Source of the DNA: Octopus bimaculoides
Lineage: Eukaryota
NCBI RefSeq assembly: GCF_001194135.2
Contig: NC_068997.1
Coordinates: forward strand, 47,755,516-47,819,515
DNA: 64,000 nucleotides
Reading direction: 5' to 3'
The number at the start of each line of letters is the position of its first letter. The first letter of the stretch is position 1. Positions 26,389 through 37,300 of this stretch are shown one piece after another. Below the pieces are notes generated by a model. That model was not told the DNA's origin and ran no database searches. It worked only from the letters and a program-made list of their open reading frames with translations. The position numbers were made by a program, and so were the translations under genes.

Positions 26389-27073
26389 ACTCTTTCAAAC
26401 ATATAATAAAAACCTGACTATATTCAATTTTGATTTTTTTTTAATTAAGGAATCATTTTGTATTTCTCCTTAATCTTTTATGCCTAGTTTTGATCAATGA
26501 TTTTCCTAAATCCATTAGTCTGATTATTCAAGGCTTTCACAATCTTATTTTCACATTAAACTGTTCTAAATGTGTGCAGGCAGCATTTTCTCCATTAAAT
26601 CACAAAGGAAATAATTTTATGAGTAGGAAATAATTTTATGTGTGATAAAATCCTCATCCTTAAAAATGATAGAATGGGGAATCTAGACACATCTCATGCA
26701 ATCATGACTGATTTGTTTTTTATGTGAGATATATCTGATTTTTGTGTTTAATTTAAGTTTTTTATTTTGCTATTAGCAAAACCACCCTAGTAATGCTTAT
26801 TTGAAATTTGATTACAACAATTTAATTTGAAAAGGAGTTTGTTATGTGTGAGCATGAGCATGCATGTGTGTGTGTGTGTGTGTGTGTGTAATCACATAGC
26901 CATACCTATGTATGGCTGTGTGATATGAAGCTTGCTTCCCAACCATATGGTTAGAGGTTCAGTCCTACTGCACTTGGCACCTTGGTCAAATGTCTTCCAT
27001 TCTAGCCCTGGGCTGACCAAAGCCTTTTGAATGAATTTGGCGGAAGTAAACTGAAAGAAACCCATTATGTGTA

Positions 27074-27108
<35 letters not shown>

Positions 27109-28130
27109 CATTGTTTAATGTCCACTTTCCATGAGGATATATATATATATATGTCATCATCATTTAACATCCTCTTTCCATGAGGATATATATATATATC
27201 ATCATTTAACGTCCACTTTCCATGAGGATATATATATATATATTTACCATCATCATCATTTAACGTCCGTTGTTCGACAGTTTGACCAGGGCTGGTAAGA
27301 TGGGGGGGGGGGCTGCATCAGACTCCAGTCTGATTTGGCATGGTTTCTATGACTGGATGCTCTTCTTAATGCCAACCACTCCAAGAGTGTAATGGGTGCT
27401 TTTACATGCCACTGGCATGGGTTTCAGTTCTGTGACACCAATATCTGCCACAACTACAATTTCAGTTGGCTTGAAGACTCTTCTTCTCAAGCACAGCATG
27501 TTGCCAAAGGTCTCAGCCATTTGTCATTGCCCCTGTGAGATTGCATGAATGAATGCTTATAAAAGAGCTATGGCTATAAACGGTGGCTGGGCTGCAACAG
27601 GTGACATTTATTGACATTTCCTATCAAGAAATTGTTTGCTAGCTCTGCATCATAGAATTCCTCCAAAATAAAGAAACCCTTACTTGAAATGCAGATGAGA
27701 GTTGGTGACAGGAAGAGCATCCAACCATAAAAATCTTTCCTCACTCTCAGTTACCTCCCATGTATAATGTGCTACCAGGTAAAAGTAGATGTTGAATGAA
27801 TGACATATGTATTTAAAGAAAGACAGAGAAATACAAGTGTTTAAATGCCTCACACAAAAACAAAATCAAAAACAAAACAAAACCGAGCATACTCACATAT
27901 ATCAGCTTATTGTTGTATCTTGTCTGTAAAGTATTGAGGATGGTTTGGTGATTAAGAATCCTGTTAACATACGACAAATTGAAATGATTACATGATATAA
28001 TTTAATTAAAAGTCAAACAGATTCAGAACAAAAACAAAACTAAAATTAAAAAGAAAATCATAACTTACATCAATGTGATGAGATCTTCCATAGTTTCTTC
28101 TGCATTTTCATCTTTGTTTGTATCACCCAT
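4430..28130 (-). CDS. Myo22: Unconventional myosin, 5' nine coding exons (motor domain, partial); best guess class XXII MyTH4-FERM type
   Basis: join(28130-28069, 27960-27897, 25650-25541, 24125-24051, 17810-17610, 13756-13693, 12479-12366, 6142-5981, 4543-4430) = 966 nt = 322 aa, phases consistent, all introns GT-AG. Contains [57 protein letters not shown] and SVLHLGN. Class assignment comes from recalled similarity ([23 protein letters not shown]), not from a search. Myosin identity is near certain; the class is less so. Confidence 0.8.
4996..5040 (+). ncRNA. Minimal type I hammerhead ribozyme motif
   Basis: ggacca-CTGATGA-g-[gtcaca-gaag-tgtgac]-GAAA-gaac-TC-tggcc: 6-bp stem II, bulged 5-bp stem I and minimal stem III. 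It lies in a ~190-bp insert between (TA)n tracts. Confidence 0.7.
5420..5715 (-). mobile_element. Family B SINE fused to the 5' part of a family A SINE
   Basis: Direct sequence match to the other copies of each family. Confidence 0.75.
5981..6142 (-). CDS. Myosin coding exon 8 ([54 protein letters not shown])
   Basis: Acceptor attacag, donor gtaagt; 162 nt; AMxVLGF and LASVLHLGN motifs. Not shown in this frame by the ORF track. Confidence 0.96.
6146..6194. repeat. (AAT)n microsatellite abutting the exon 8 acceptor
   Basis: taataataat... runs up to the 10-N gap at 6195-6204. Confidence 0.95.
6784..6826 (-). ncRNA. Minimal type I hammerhead ribozyme motif with palindromic stem III
   Basis: ccgtg-CTGATGA-a-[ggg-aaataac-ctc]-GAAA-tcgcga-TA-cacag: intact core, palindrome tcgcga, stem I 4 of 5 pairs. 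Confidence 0.75.
7226..8330 (-). mobile_element. Degenerate pogo-family (POGK-like) transposase
   Basis: Frameshifted minus-strand pieces in the expected order: [27 protein letters not shown] (Brinker-like DBD), [33 protein letters not shown] (DDE_1) and [17 protein letters not shown] (C-terminus). Confidence 0.8.
9180..9535 (-). mobile_element. Family C non-autonomous retroelement with an RTE-like 3' tail (ccaacccatgctagcatggaaa...gatgatgat)
   Basis: Similar copies at ~8350-8530, 10118-10337, 19925-20330, 20930-21545, 22540-22900, 27250-27545, 38620-38745, 56450-56600 and 57900-58090. Confidence 0.75.
10338..11086. other. Assembly gap (N run)
   Basis: 749 Ns; ORF-track entries crossing it are artefacts. 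Confidence 1.
12366..12479 (-). CDS. Myosin coding exon 7 ([38 protein letters not shown])
   Basis: Acceptor tttacag, donor gtaaat; 114 nt; ERNYHVFY motif. Confidence 0.97.
12612..13335. repeat. Degenerate pentamer satellite (TGTRG/TGCAG)n with a recurrent RYACARGGT sub-motif
   Basis: 5-nt periodicity throughout; gtgtgatacarggt.ccatgtggtgtaggatag recurs at ~12692 and ~13015, with partial copies elsewhere. Confidence 0.9.
13693..13756 (-). CDS. Myosin coding exon 6 ([21 protein letters not shown])
   Basis: Acceptor cttctag, donor gtgagt; matches the GAxxxxYLLEKSRIV motif. Confidence 0.96.
14113..14508 (-). mobile_element. Full-length family A SINE
   Basis: Head, central (CA)-rich linker and taaaagag tail are all present. 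Confidence 0.9.
15462..15766 (+). mobile_element. 5'-truncated family A SINE, inverted relative to its neighbours
   Basis: Reverse complement of the 14113-14508 and 16032-16431 copies. Confidence 0.9.
16032..16431 (-). mobile_element. Full-length family A SINE
   Basis: High identity to the 14113-14508 copy. Confidence 0.9.
17610..17810 (-). CDS. Myosin coding exon 5 (P-loop GESGSGKT to switch [17 protein letters not shown])
   Basis: Acceptor cctccag after a long pyrimidine tract, donor gttagt; 201 nt. Confidence 0.98.
17953..18002 (+). ncRNA. Decayed hammerhead motif (core mutated)
   Basis: agctc-CTGAAGA-gg...ccc-CAAA-ctaag-CA-gagct: perfect 5-bp stem I, but G12 and U16.1 are substituted. 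A homologous copy lies at 46793-46840. Confidence 0.5.
18495..18690 (+). mobile_element. Mariner transposase C-terminal remnant plus 3' TIR-like end
   Basis: [31 protein letters not shown] followed by actttttcctcaaccta. Confidence 0.75.
19116..19299. other. 87-bp exact duplication flanking a 10-N gap; probable assembly overlap artefact
   Basis: 19116-19202 is identical to 19213-19299. Confidence 0.85.
19925..20330 (+). mobile_element. Family C element with an internal ~60-bp tandem array
   Basis: Repeated gtggtcattgccagtg...gtggcacrtaaaag units; ends in (gat)n. Confidence 0.8.
20930..21545 (-). mobile_element. Family C element with four internal ~55-60-bp tandem units
   Basis: gatggtgcttttacgtgccacc is repeated at ~21150, 21220 and 21290, with a variant at ~21095. 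Confidence 0.85.
22600..22785. mobile_element. hAT/Charlie-type MITE nested in a family C element
   Basis: TIRs taatgctctgcaacc and ggttgtggagcattg; 8-bp TSD agctagac/agccagat (6 of 8 match); internal catggcacac-tg-gtgtgccatg hairpin. Confidence 0.75.
24051..24125 (-). CDS. Myosin coding exon 4 ([26 protein letters not shown])
   Basis: Acceptor atttcag, donor gtaaga; 75 nt, phase 2-2; PPHLFA and NQxxxISGE motifs join across exons. Confidence 0.96.
24215..24690. mobile_element. MITE with (tt)aaccctttagcatt...aatgctaaag termini, interrupted by a SINE
   Basis: Related copies at ~16945-17155 and ~34756-34985; the TTAA-CCC ends suggest a piggyBac type (inference). Confidence 0.6.
24390..24626 (+). 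mobile_element. tRNA-derived SINE, family D, with a 12-bp TSD
   Basis: TSD taattcaaaaca at 24378-24389 and 24627-24638; body ttgagcaaaacacttcatttcacattgctccagtcc; other copies at ~19775 and ~29734-30055. Confidence 0.85.
25541..25650 (-). CDS. Myosin coding exon 3 ([36 protein letters not shown])
   Basis: Acceptor tttgcag, donor gtaaga; canonical [13 protein letters not shown] motif. Confidence 0.97.
25925..26006. repeat. 82-nt hairpin: 40-bp stem, 2-nt loop
   Basis: On the + strand: 35 Watson-Crick and 5 G.U pairs, with no other mismatch. Confidence 0.95.
27897..27960 (-). CDS. Myosin coding exon 2 ([22 protein letters not shown])
   Basis: Acceptor ttaacag, donor gtgagt; 64 nt; restores phase 0; matches the myosin DLNE..LHNL..RY..LIY segment. 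Confidence 0.92.
28069..28130 (-). CDS. Myosin coding exon 1 ([20 protein letters not shown])
   Basis: Acceptor ttacag then ATAGAAA-ATG; an in-frame TAG lies two codons before the ATG. Donor gtaagt; ends in phase 2. Confidence 0.9.
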
Positions 28131-28250
28131 TTTCTATCTGTAATAAAGAAATGCAGACTTATTTAAAGATTAAATTAGCTATGAAAAATTACTCATATAT
28201 GGGCCAACCAAAGCCTTGTGAATGGATATGGTAGACTGAAAGAAACCCAT

Positions 28251-28335
<85 letters not shown>

Positions 28336-28354
28336 GTATAGTTGACATTTATAG

Positions 28355-28535
28355 AAAAACAAAAGATGAAGACAGGTGTATGAACAACAAGTAGGTGTAT
28401 TAGCTTGATGCTCAGGAAAATGAGAGTCTCTTGTTTTGAGCCTACACTCTTCGACAGAAAGGAATGCGAAAATAAAGAGAGAGAGAATGAAAAAAACTTG
28501 TGGATTTAGCAGTCAAGCATGGCGAATATATATGT
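28355..28535 (-). mobile_element. PLE-type terminal repeat fragment containing a decayed short-stem-III hammerhead variant (28428-28461)
   Basis: Reverse complement cttt-CTGTCGA-a-gagt-gtag-gctc-AAAA-c-aagag, homologous to 61850-61885; flanks match 61780-61970. Confidence 0.55.
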
Positions 28536-30077
28536 ATATATATTCATGTGTGTGTATCTGCCCTCCCACCATTGCTTGACAACTGATGTTGGTGTGTGAA
28601 TATCCCTGTAACTTAGTGGTTTGGCAAAAGAGATTGATAGAATAAGTACCAGGCTTGCAAAGAATAAGTCCTGGGGTAGATTTCTCCGACTAAAAATCTT
28701 TAAGGCAGTGCTCCAGCATGGCTGCAGTCAAATGACTAAAACGTGTAAATGAGTATATGTGGAATTAAGATGCTGGATAACTGATTGCATGTCTTCTGTT
28801 GAGTTCCTCAATTAAATGGCAGCTATAGGGAAATGCCCTTAGACAAGTTATCACTCAGCCTGTTTTAGTAAACATAAGTATAAAGCAATCCATTCTTGTT
28901 GTACATTGGTAGAATAACTTAATTAGCCAGGACTAATACAAATTATGATAAAGGGATCAAAAGTAGCTAATTTTAGAAGATTGGATGACAGGCATTCTGT
29001 CGTGTAAGTGGCAATGTGATTGTCACCTGGCAAGTAATAGACACATAGCTCAAGTCCCAGTTGTGGATCTGATGTTCTTTTCAACTTCAAATTATGATTA
29101 TAATGTTAGAATCCAACCAGTCTCTTGTGAATGCTTTAGAGAGGACAGTTATCAAGCTGCATAAATAACAGCAATAAAAAGGGCATTCATCCAGTGAAGC
29201 ACTGGGGAAAAATGTAATCAACTAGTCCCTTCCCTTGAAATTTCAGGCCTTGTGCCTATAGTAGAAAGGCTTATTATATATGAAGGAATATAACACCAGT
29301 CCGCACCACCCCACATATATACACCATCCCCTGACGCTTCAATGCCTTCCACCATTCTGCTACACCTCTTCCCTCCACTACCTTTCAGCCCTGAAAATAA
29401 CAGAAATACCATAACATTTCACAGCATGACCAAACAATGAATAAACAAAAACTGATAAATGACACTTTTCCATATGTTTTTTTTTTTTCATATCACAATT
29501 AGTTAACAATGGCATCGTTAGTTACAAGTTTCCAATGGCCTGTTGTTAGTTCAAAGCTTTTCTGACTGGAAGGTGTCGAGGGAGTGTCTTCAACACAATG
29601 CTGAACAAATATGTCAAGCGACTTTGTTCATGAAGCACTGGTCTTGGTTTTCCTCACCAATGACTGAGAATCACACAAACATGTGAATGTGTGCGCAAAT
29701 ACATGTATGTGTAAATACATATCTGTGTGTGTGAGAAGGCAAATGGGTTTGTGGCTAGGGTATTCAACTTATGAAGGTCATAAGTTTGAACCCTACAAAC
29801 ACATTGTGTTTTTGAGCAAGACACTTTATTTCACGTTGCTTCAGTCCACTCAGCTGGCAAAAATGAGTTGTATCTGTATTTCAAAGTCTTAGCCTTATCC
29901 CGTTTCATGTCGTGCTGAATCTTATGGAGAACTCCTTTAAGGGTATGCATGTCTGTGGAATTCTCAGCCACTTGCACATTAATTTCATGAGCAGGCTGTT
30001 CCATTGAATGGATCAACTAGAATCTTTGTCATAGTAACCAACAGAGTGCCAGTACATACACACACACACACATGCAG

Positions 30078-30128
<51 letters not shown>

Positions 30129-31084
30129 CATAAATATACACACTAGATGAAGTACCCTATCTTGTCCAGATGTTGAAATTTGGTTTTCTTTTTGCCCCTC
30201 CCTTTATGAAGAGTCAATCAAATAATAAATCTACCCCACCACCCAAACCTTAAATTTTGGCATCTATCCATCTCCTTGCACAAGGCCTCTAGTATCAGAT
30301 GAAGTCCTTTATAAGTAAGGTTTCTATTATACATTTACGTACACATACACACATTCAAGCATAAACGTAAAATTAGCCTAATTCCCAGAGCATAAAACTT
30401 GTATATTTTATAAGCAAATTTATATTTAAAACAATTAGTGTTTGTCGATTTACCATTGAACAGGACGTGGAATGTTATGGCAATTCTAATAGTTTTATAC
30501 CTGTAGCGCAAAGCTATGGCAGAGATATGGAAGAATGGGTTTGACATTGAAATGTCAGAGTGACAATAATAGTGATGGTGATGGTGATGACATTGAACTG
30601 TTAAGGTGGTGGTGGTGGTGGTCATGATAATGATATGATGGTGGTAGTGGTGGTGATAGTGATAACAGTTGTGTTGGAATGATGTTACATTCCTTGGTTA
30701 ATAATTCTTTCTACTTATATCAAGAGGTTTTCAACCATTTTTTACCTATAGACCCCTTTGATCACCATTTTCTTCTGGTGAGCCCCCATAGCCATTCAAT
30801 GATTAAAAACTAGTTTTATAGCATCTTATTTCAAAATTCTCATTTTGTTGTTCACACATTAACTTGTGTTGGTTGAACTATGTAAAATATTACAGAAAAA
30901 ACCCCAGCCATTTATTCATTCTGTGAGATTTAGTACCAAATGCCCCACGGGTGAGTACTGGACTGAAGCCCACTGATTGGGGATCCCTGTGTTCGAGATA
31001 ACCTTAAGATCAGCTAAGATAGATTGTGAGTGATTAGGTGATTGATTGTGTGACCCAGTGGGTAAGGTAAGGGAACAATTTGGA

Positions 31085-31800
31085 AGACAGACACATATGT
31101 AGAAATACACACATGTGTACTTACGTAGAGATACACACACAACATATGTACAGAAATACACACTTGCATACATACACAAAAATACATGTATACAACATAT
31201 ACAGAAATACATGCATGCATATGTTACAAGATACATGCACACAACATTAACAGAAATGTACATGTGTATACATACATGGAAATACACACATACAACACAG
31301 ACAGTGATATACACATTCATATGCACAAGATACATACTCATACAGAAATAAGGAATACATACATGCATGTATACATAGAAATACACACTTGCATACATAG
31401 ATACATACATACAGAAAATATACATAGAATTACATATACATACATAACACATACACACATAAGTAAGTACACACACACATAAATACATACACACATAAGT
31501 GCATACATCATACCTACATAGAGATACAGGCACAAAATATACACAGAAATACACATATATACATACATACACTCAAATACATAACACATACACACATAAG
31601 TACAAACATACATAAGTATATACACACACACAAATACATACATAACACATACACACACAAATACATACATAACATACACACATAAGTACATACATCATAC
31701 ATGCATAGAGATACAGGCACAAAATATACACAGAAATACACACATGCATACATACAGACATACATACATACAGACATACAATACATGTGTGTACAAATAC
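31085..31800. repeat. Compound (TACA/CA)n low-complexity tract with a higher-order duplication
   Basis: The block catacatcatac..catagagatacaggcacaaaatatacacagaaatacac occurs at ~31503 and ~31690. Confidence 0.9.
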
Positions 31801-32294
31801 TTGTCTAAACATCAAAACTCCCATATCATCAACAGAACAAACATAAATATCAAACAAGAGATTAACCTTTAGCTTATTGTCAATTTATTTAGCAGATATT
31901 TGTCAACATTTGGCATCCCGCTTGCCCTCCACCTTGATTAAACTAAACTAAACTGACCACACACACAGATTCCATTGCTCTGTGACCCCACTGCCAACCC
32001 CTGACCCCACACAGGTACTTCACTGTTTGTATAAAAAGCAACTAAGTTATATTGGAATAGTGAGAAAAATATTTGTTAAAATCAGAATCACACACTTACC
32101 ATTTGCTGATCACTTTTGTTATGTATTTGGACACCACGCACACACTTCACTTTTCAGTTACATTAAACAATCCGACAATCTTTCCCATTTCTCTCTTTTT
32201 CTTTGTTTTTTTCTTCCTTTTTACATATTCCAGCACTTTCATAAGTATCTATAATCACTAAATATATTAGTTTTAACAAGACTAACCAGTTTGG

Positions 32295-32545
32295 TATGAG
32301 AAAGAGAGAGCGAGAGAGAGAAGCATGAAAGAGAAAGAGAGAATAACATTTGAGAGAGAATAGCGTATGGAGAGAGGGAGAGAATAATATGTGAAGAGAG
32401 TGAAAGAATATGAGAGAGAGAGAGAGAGAATAGCCTCTGAGAGAAAGAGAGTAGCATCCAAAAGAGAGAGAGAAAGAGTAGAAACTAAAAGAGAGAAAAT
32501 AGCATCTATGAGAGAGAGAAAGAGAGAGTGTGTAGAATGTAAGAG
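32295..32545. repeat. Degenerate (GA)n tract
   Basis: Directly visible purine dinucleotide repeat. Confidence 0.9.
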
Positions 32546-32909
32546 ACCGAGTGAGAAATATACTTGGGTAAATAGTAATAGCGATAAGCTCGTATAATAA
32601 TAAATATTAATATATTTATTATATACCTGTACAACCCAGGTAAACAGAAACACTGATATATTGTACAATATAAGGCCTAATCACAGAAACAGTGTCTATA
32701 ATATTACTCTTTTATGATCTATGCATGTAAAGTGGGAATTAAATTAAAGACTGTAATAGTCTAATTAAGACTATTATATACACATCATATATATGTATGT
32801 ATGTATATTTTTTATTCATAGGATGACTGATTGATATATTAGAATATGAAATCAGTCGTATAATCTATTGTAGAAAAGTGGACATAAAATGCTGACAAGT
32901 CAGTCCCTG

Positions 32910-33305
32910 TTATCAGCCATCTCTCCTATCACCTTTCTTCATTGATATCCAGTGTTGTCTTAGCAACATTACAGGCCACACCAGGCAAATCAATGTGCAG
33001 GGCCCTATAATATCTATTGATTGACCTGGGAAATGCGAGCACAGGATTGCCCTGCTTGATGTAGCAGCACCAACAGGTGCCACCTCCTTCGAACAGAATA
33101 GGATCACAGGAGCACAAAGATGACATGAGCTGTGTGAGTCCAGAGCCAACTTCTTGCCTTCATTCCCAGTAGACCACCAGTGCCTGACCTGTGGCAAAAC
33201 CTGAGCATGCATTGGCCTGATTGGCCACAGCTGGACACTTTGTGACCCATCTTCTACCATGTGATGTCTCTGATAATTGTTCAGATCAACAGAAGAAGAT
33301 ATAAA
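32910..33305 (+). mobile_element. RTE/BovB-like LINE 3' end (decayed)
   Basis: GATSFEQNRITGAQR..HQCLTCGKT..CIGLIGHS, the C-terminal Cys/His motif of RTE-BovB ORFs, followed by an (att)n tail. Confidence 0.75.
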
Positions 33306-33721
33306 CATTATTATTATTATTAAGGTGGTGATCTGGCGGAATTGTTAGCACACCATTTAGTTAGTCCCATTTAGAGAAGTATTATGCTCTCAGTTGCTTA
33401 TATATCACGGAAAGTAGGACAAGATTTGGCCCCAGTAAGCCTGTAGGCTTCTGTCAAACTTAAGGTTCATCAAAATCATTGTTTTAACCTGCTTTTTTTA
33501 CATGCTTGCATGGATTAGACAGAATTCACTGAAGTAGATTATCGACTGGTGGAGGACCTTCTTGTCCCCAATCCTCATTTGTTTCCAAGTAAGGTAATAT
33601 TTCTCCATGGCTGATCATTTTCCCACAAGTGAGTTGAAATGAATGGCATTGCTTCTTGTTAACTATCAAGTGATGTAAGACAAAGAGACATAAACAAACA
33701 AACACACACACATGCACACAC

Positions 33722-34378
33722 ACAAAAGGCCAGCGACTTTGGAGCGGGGAGTAAGTCAAAAGCTTCAACTCCAGTGCTCAACTGTTATTTTATCGACCCT
33801 GAAAAGATGAAAGGCAAAGTTGACTTAAGCAGGATTTGAACTCAGAACATAAAGAGAGACAAAATGCTACTAAGAATTTTGCTTGATGCGCTAACAATTT
33901 TGCTAGCTTCCTACCTTCATAATAATAATAATCCTTTCCACTACAGGCACAAAGCCTAAAATTTGCTGGGAGGGGGTAAGTAGATTAGATCAACCCCTGT
34001 ACAGAACAGGTACTTAATTTATTGACCCTGAAAGGATGAAAAGCAAAGTTGACCTTGGTGCTATTTGAACTCAGAACATAAAGAGAGACAAAATACCTCT
34101 AAGCATTTCACCCAACATGCTAACAATTCTGCCAGCTCACTGCCTTCATAATAATAACAACAACAATGGTTTCAAATTTTGGTATAATGCCAGCAATTTC
34201 AGGAAGTAGGTAAGTTGATTTCATTGAATCCAGTGCTCAACTGGTACCTTTTTATTGACCCGAAAAGGACGAAAGGCAAAGCTGACCTCGGCAGAATTTG
34301 AACTCAGAACAAAGTCAAATGAAATGCTGCTAAGCATTTTACCCAGCATGCTAACAGTTCTGCCAGCTCGATACCTTA
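33722..34378 (-). mobile_element. Stack of three head-to-tail family B SINEs
   Basis: Three copies of gaccctgaaa.gatgaaa.gcaaagttgac...gaactcagaac, separated by (aat/aac)n. Confidence 0.85.
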
Positions 34379-37300
34379 ACAGTGTAGTGTTAATGCTATA
34401 TATCTCTTATTGGATATTTGGGTGTATCTCTACATTCATACACCAGTGAAAGTCTACTTCAATGTATATTTTCATAAATCCCTGTACAATACAATTCAGT
34501 CCAATCACTACACTGCTTTCCTTTAAAAATGTCTCCCACATAGCAGAAATACAGAGGCATGCATACACCTGTGACATTACATATTATCCAATGTAAACAG
34601 ACAGAGATCTACTGATTAGAAATATTTATGAATTAGTGAGTATCCATGGTGAATCCACAGCTTTTTAATGTTCAGCTTTATAGTTAATTACTTGCTGTAA
34701 ACTGCATTTAAATGGTATAAAGTAATTGAATAAAATACATGTTCCTCTTTATTATTTAACCATTTGGCCCTTAAACCGGCCATATCTGCCCCAAATATTC
34801 AACCTACTTTATGCTCAGACTAGCCAGATCTGGACCCTCATACCATACCCTACCATGACATTCTAAAAATATACAATCAAGTCATCAAAATCTCAAAGCT
34901 ACGAGATAACGAATGATAAATTTAGAACAATATGAATTAATAAGCATTACATTTCACAGAATAATCTGAACGCTAAAGGGTCTAATTGATAAAACACATG
35001 CAGGCTAAACATGGTTAGATGCAGGAATGGCTGTGTGGTAAGAGGCTTGCTCCCCAACCATGTAGTTATGGGTTCACAACCATTGCATAACATCTTGGTT
35101 GAGTGTTTTCTACAGTAGCCCTGGACCAACTAAAGCCATATGAGTGGATTTGGTAGACAGAATCTGGGGCTATAGAAGGTACTTGCTCATGGTGCCACAC
35201 AGTGAAACTGACCAGAAACCATACGGTTACAAAGTGAGTTTCTTAACCACACAGCCATATCTGTGCCCATAGTGAAAATAATTACAGAATACTGTAGTTA
35301 TTGGATACTACACCTAAGAAAAGACAGGATGGTCACAGTTGGAATGCTTTGATGATAGATCTATTCAGACATCAACAAAACCATTACAAGTAACAACAAA
35401 CAATATACCTGTAAAAGTATCACCCAATGTAAACAAAAACATAAATAAATAAATACCTGTAATTTACACCATACAGGTAACTAAAAACACAGGTGTAATT
35501 GCAATTAAGCAATAAAGAACAAGTGAGAAAAAGATCACAACTAAAACAAAAGATGAATAAATGTGTAATTAAGAGCCAATGTAAACAACAGATATATAAT
35601 TAGAACAGAATTTTAATTTTGTTTGTTGTATGTGGCCTTTCTTTTCTTTATTGAAGTTGAAAAGTGAAGTCTCATTAGAAATATAGTCCTAGATACACAA
35701 TACCTGAAAATAATATTTTGAAAAAGAATGGATAGTCATAGCTGGAATGCTTTTTTGTAAGTAATTGCCTGACATACTGACTTATATTGGAAGGTGGACG
35801 GTTGGAAAATAAAATGCATAGAATGAAAAAAAGAAAGAAAACAATAGCTTAATTGTATCTGCTGTCCGTCTTAGAAAATGATCAAATAACAGAAAATATT
35901 AGTTTCAAATTTTGGCACAAGGCCAGCAATTTCAGGGGAGGGTATATGTTCATTACACCAACTCCTGTACTGAACTGGTACTTATTTTATTGACCCTGAA
36001 AGGATAAGTCAACCCTGGTGAAATTTAAACTCAGAATGAAAAAAAACAAAAAAACAAAATGCCTAAGAATACATTAGCCAAGAAAACACACAAGACAACC
36101 AGATACTAGCCCTGTTATGAAGTCTCCAACTGGATATAGATCTGCAAGTTAAAAGAATGGTCATATTGCCATAAGATATGAACTGGCAGAATCATTAGTA
36201 CATTGGACAAAATGCTTAGCAGAAGTTCATCTGCTTTCATGTTCTGAGTTCAAACTCTACTGATGTCGATCTTGCCTTTCATCCTTTTAGGGTTTATCAT
36301 CAACTATCCCCACTCTCCCCAAATTTCAGCATATTGTTATATAACAAGATCAGAAGCAGCTAAGTCATCTCTTTCAAAAATCTCCATCTGTGTTTCTATA
36401 TGTGTTAGTCTGATGGGGGCAATGGTTTTCATCAGTTTCAGTGACGTGAAACAGATGAGAGGTAAATCTTCCCAACACCTGAACAGAATGCAAGTAAACT
36501 GAACACAGCATTGCAAGCCAAAGAATCACTCATTCATTTTACAATGCAACTATTGTTTACAGCAGTGATCAAGTAATATTACTCAGTAAAACTTCAAAAT
36601 TTCAAGTTACGCTTATGTTCCAAACACCACCTTAATAATGACAAAAGTTATTTTACAACTTTATCATCAGAAATAACCGAGACAAAGAATGTATTTCAAC
36701 AGAAATACGGCAACAAAAAGCTTCAACCAAAATCAGCTCTGATGATGTAAATCTATTATCAAAGACATTCTATATTTGACCAGCTCATCTTTTTATACTC
36801 TTTGCATATTTAGGATCTACAGTCCAATATGCCTGTATTTTTTGGCAATAGAGTGTGATTTGAAGGAAGTTAAGCTATTATTTCTAGCATGGCAAGCAAC
36901 CATGCACATGTTTTGTGTAGGCTTGTGTTGACTAGTTCTACCTGAACTGTTTGGTGTCAGAATATGCTTAACAGACAAATGGAATTCAAAGGTATCTATT
37001 TAGAAACACTTATGCACACTCAAGTACAAACACTCATGGACATGCTTACAAAATCAAAAAACAACACAGCACCCATGACTTTTGGAAACATTGAAAAGGT
37101 TTGTCAGTTCATTTAGGCAAACAAAGAAGAATGAAAAGCAAAGCACTGGTTAAATACTGGAATTGGTTTAGTGAATTATTCCTCTCCCCCATAATTTTAT
37201 CCCTTCTGCTTAAGAAATCAATATCATGGTTTTTAATTTGAGGCAAATTGGTTATATATGAACTGAAAATGCAAAAGTATTTTGTTCAACATCTTCCTCT

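Noticed and set aside
29280-29401. Candidate 5'UTR exons of the myosin (acceptor-like ttattttcag here; donor-like sites near 31870)
   Set aside because: Splice-like signals alone are not enough without transcript data.
30916-31857. Several Cys/Val/Tyr/Met-rich ORFs
   Set aside because: Translations of (TACA/CA)n microsatellite.
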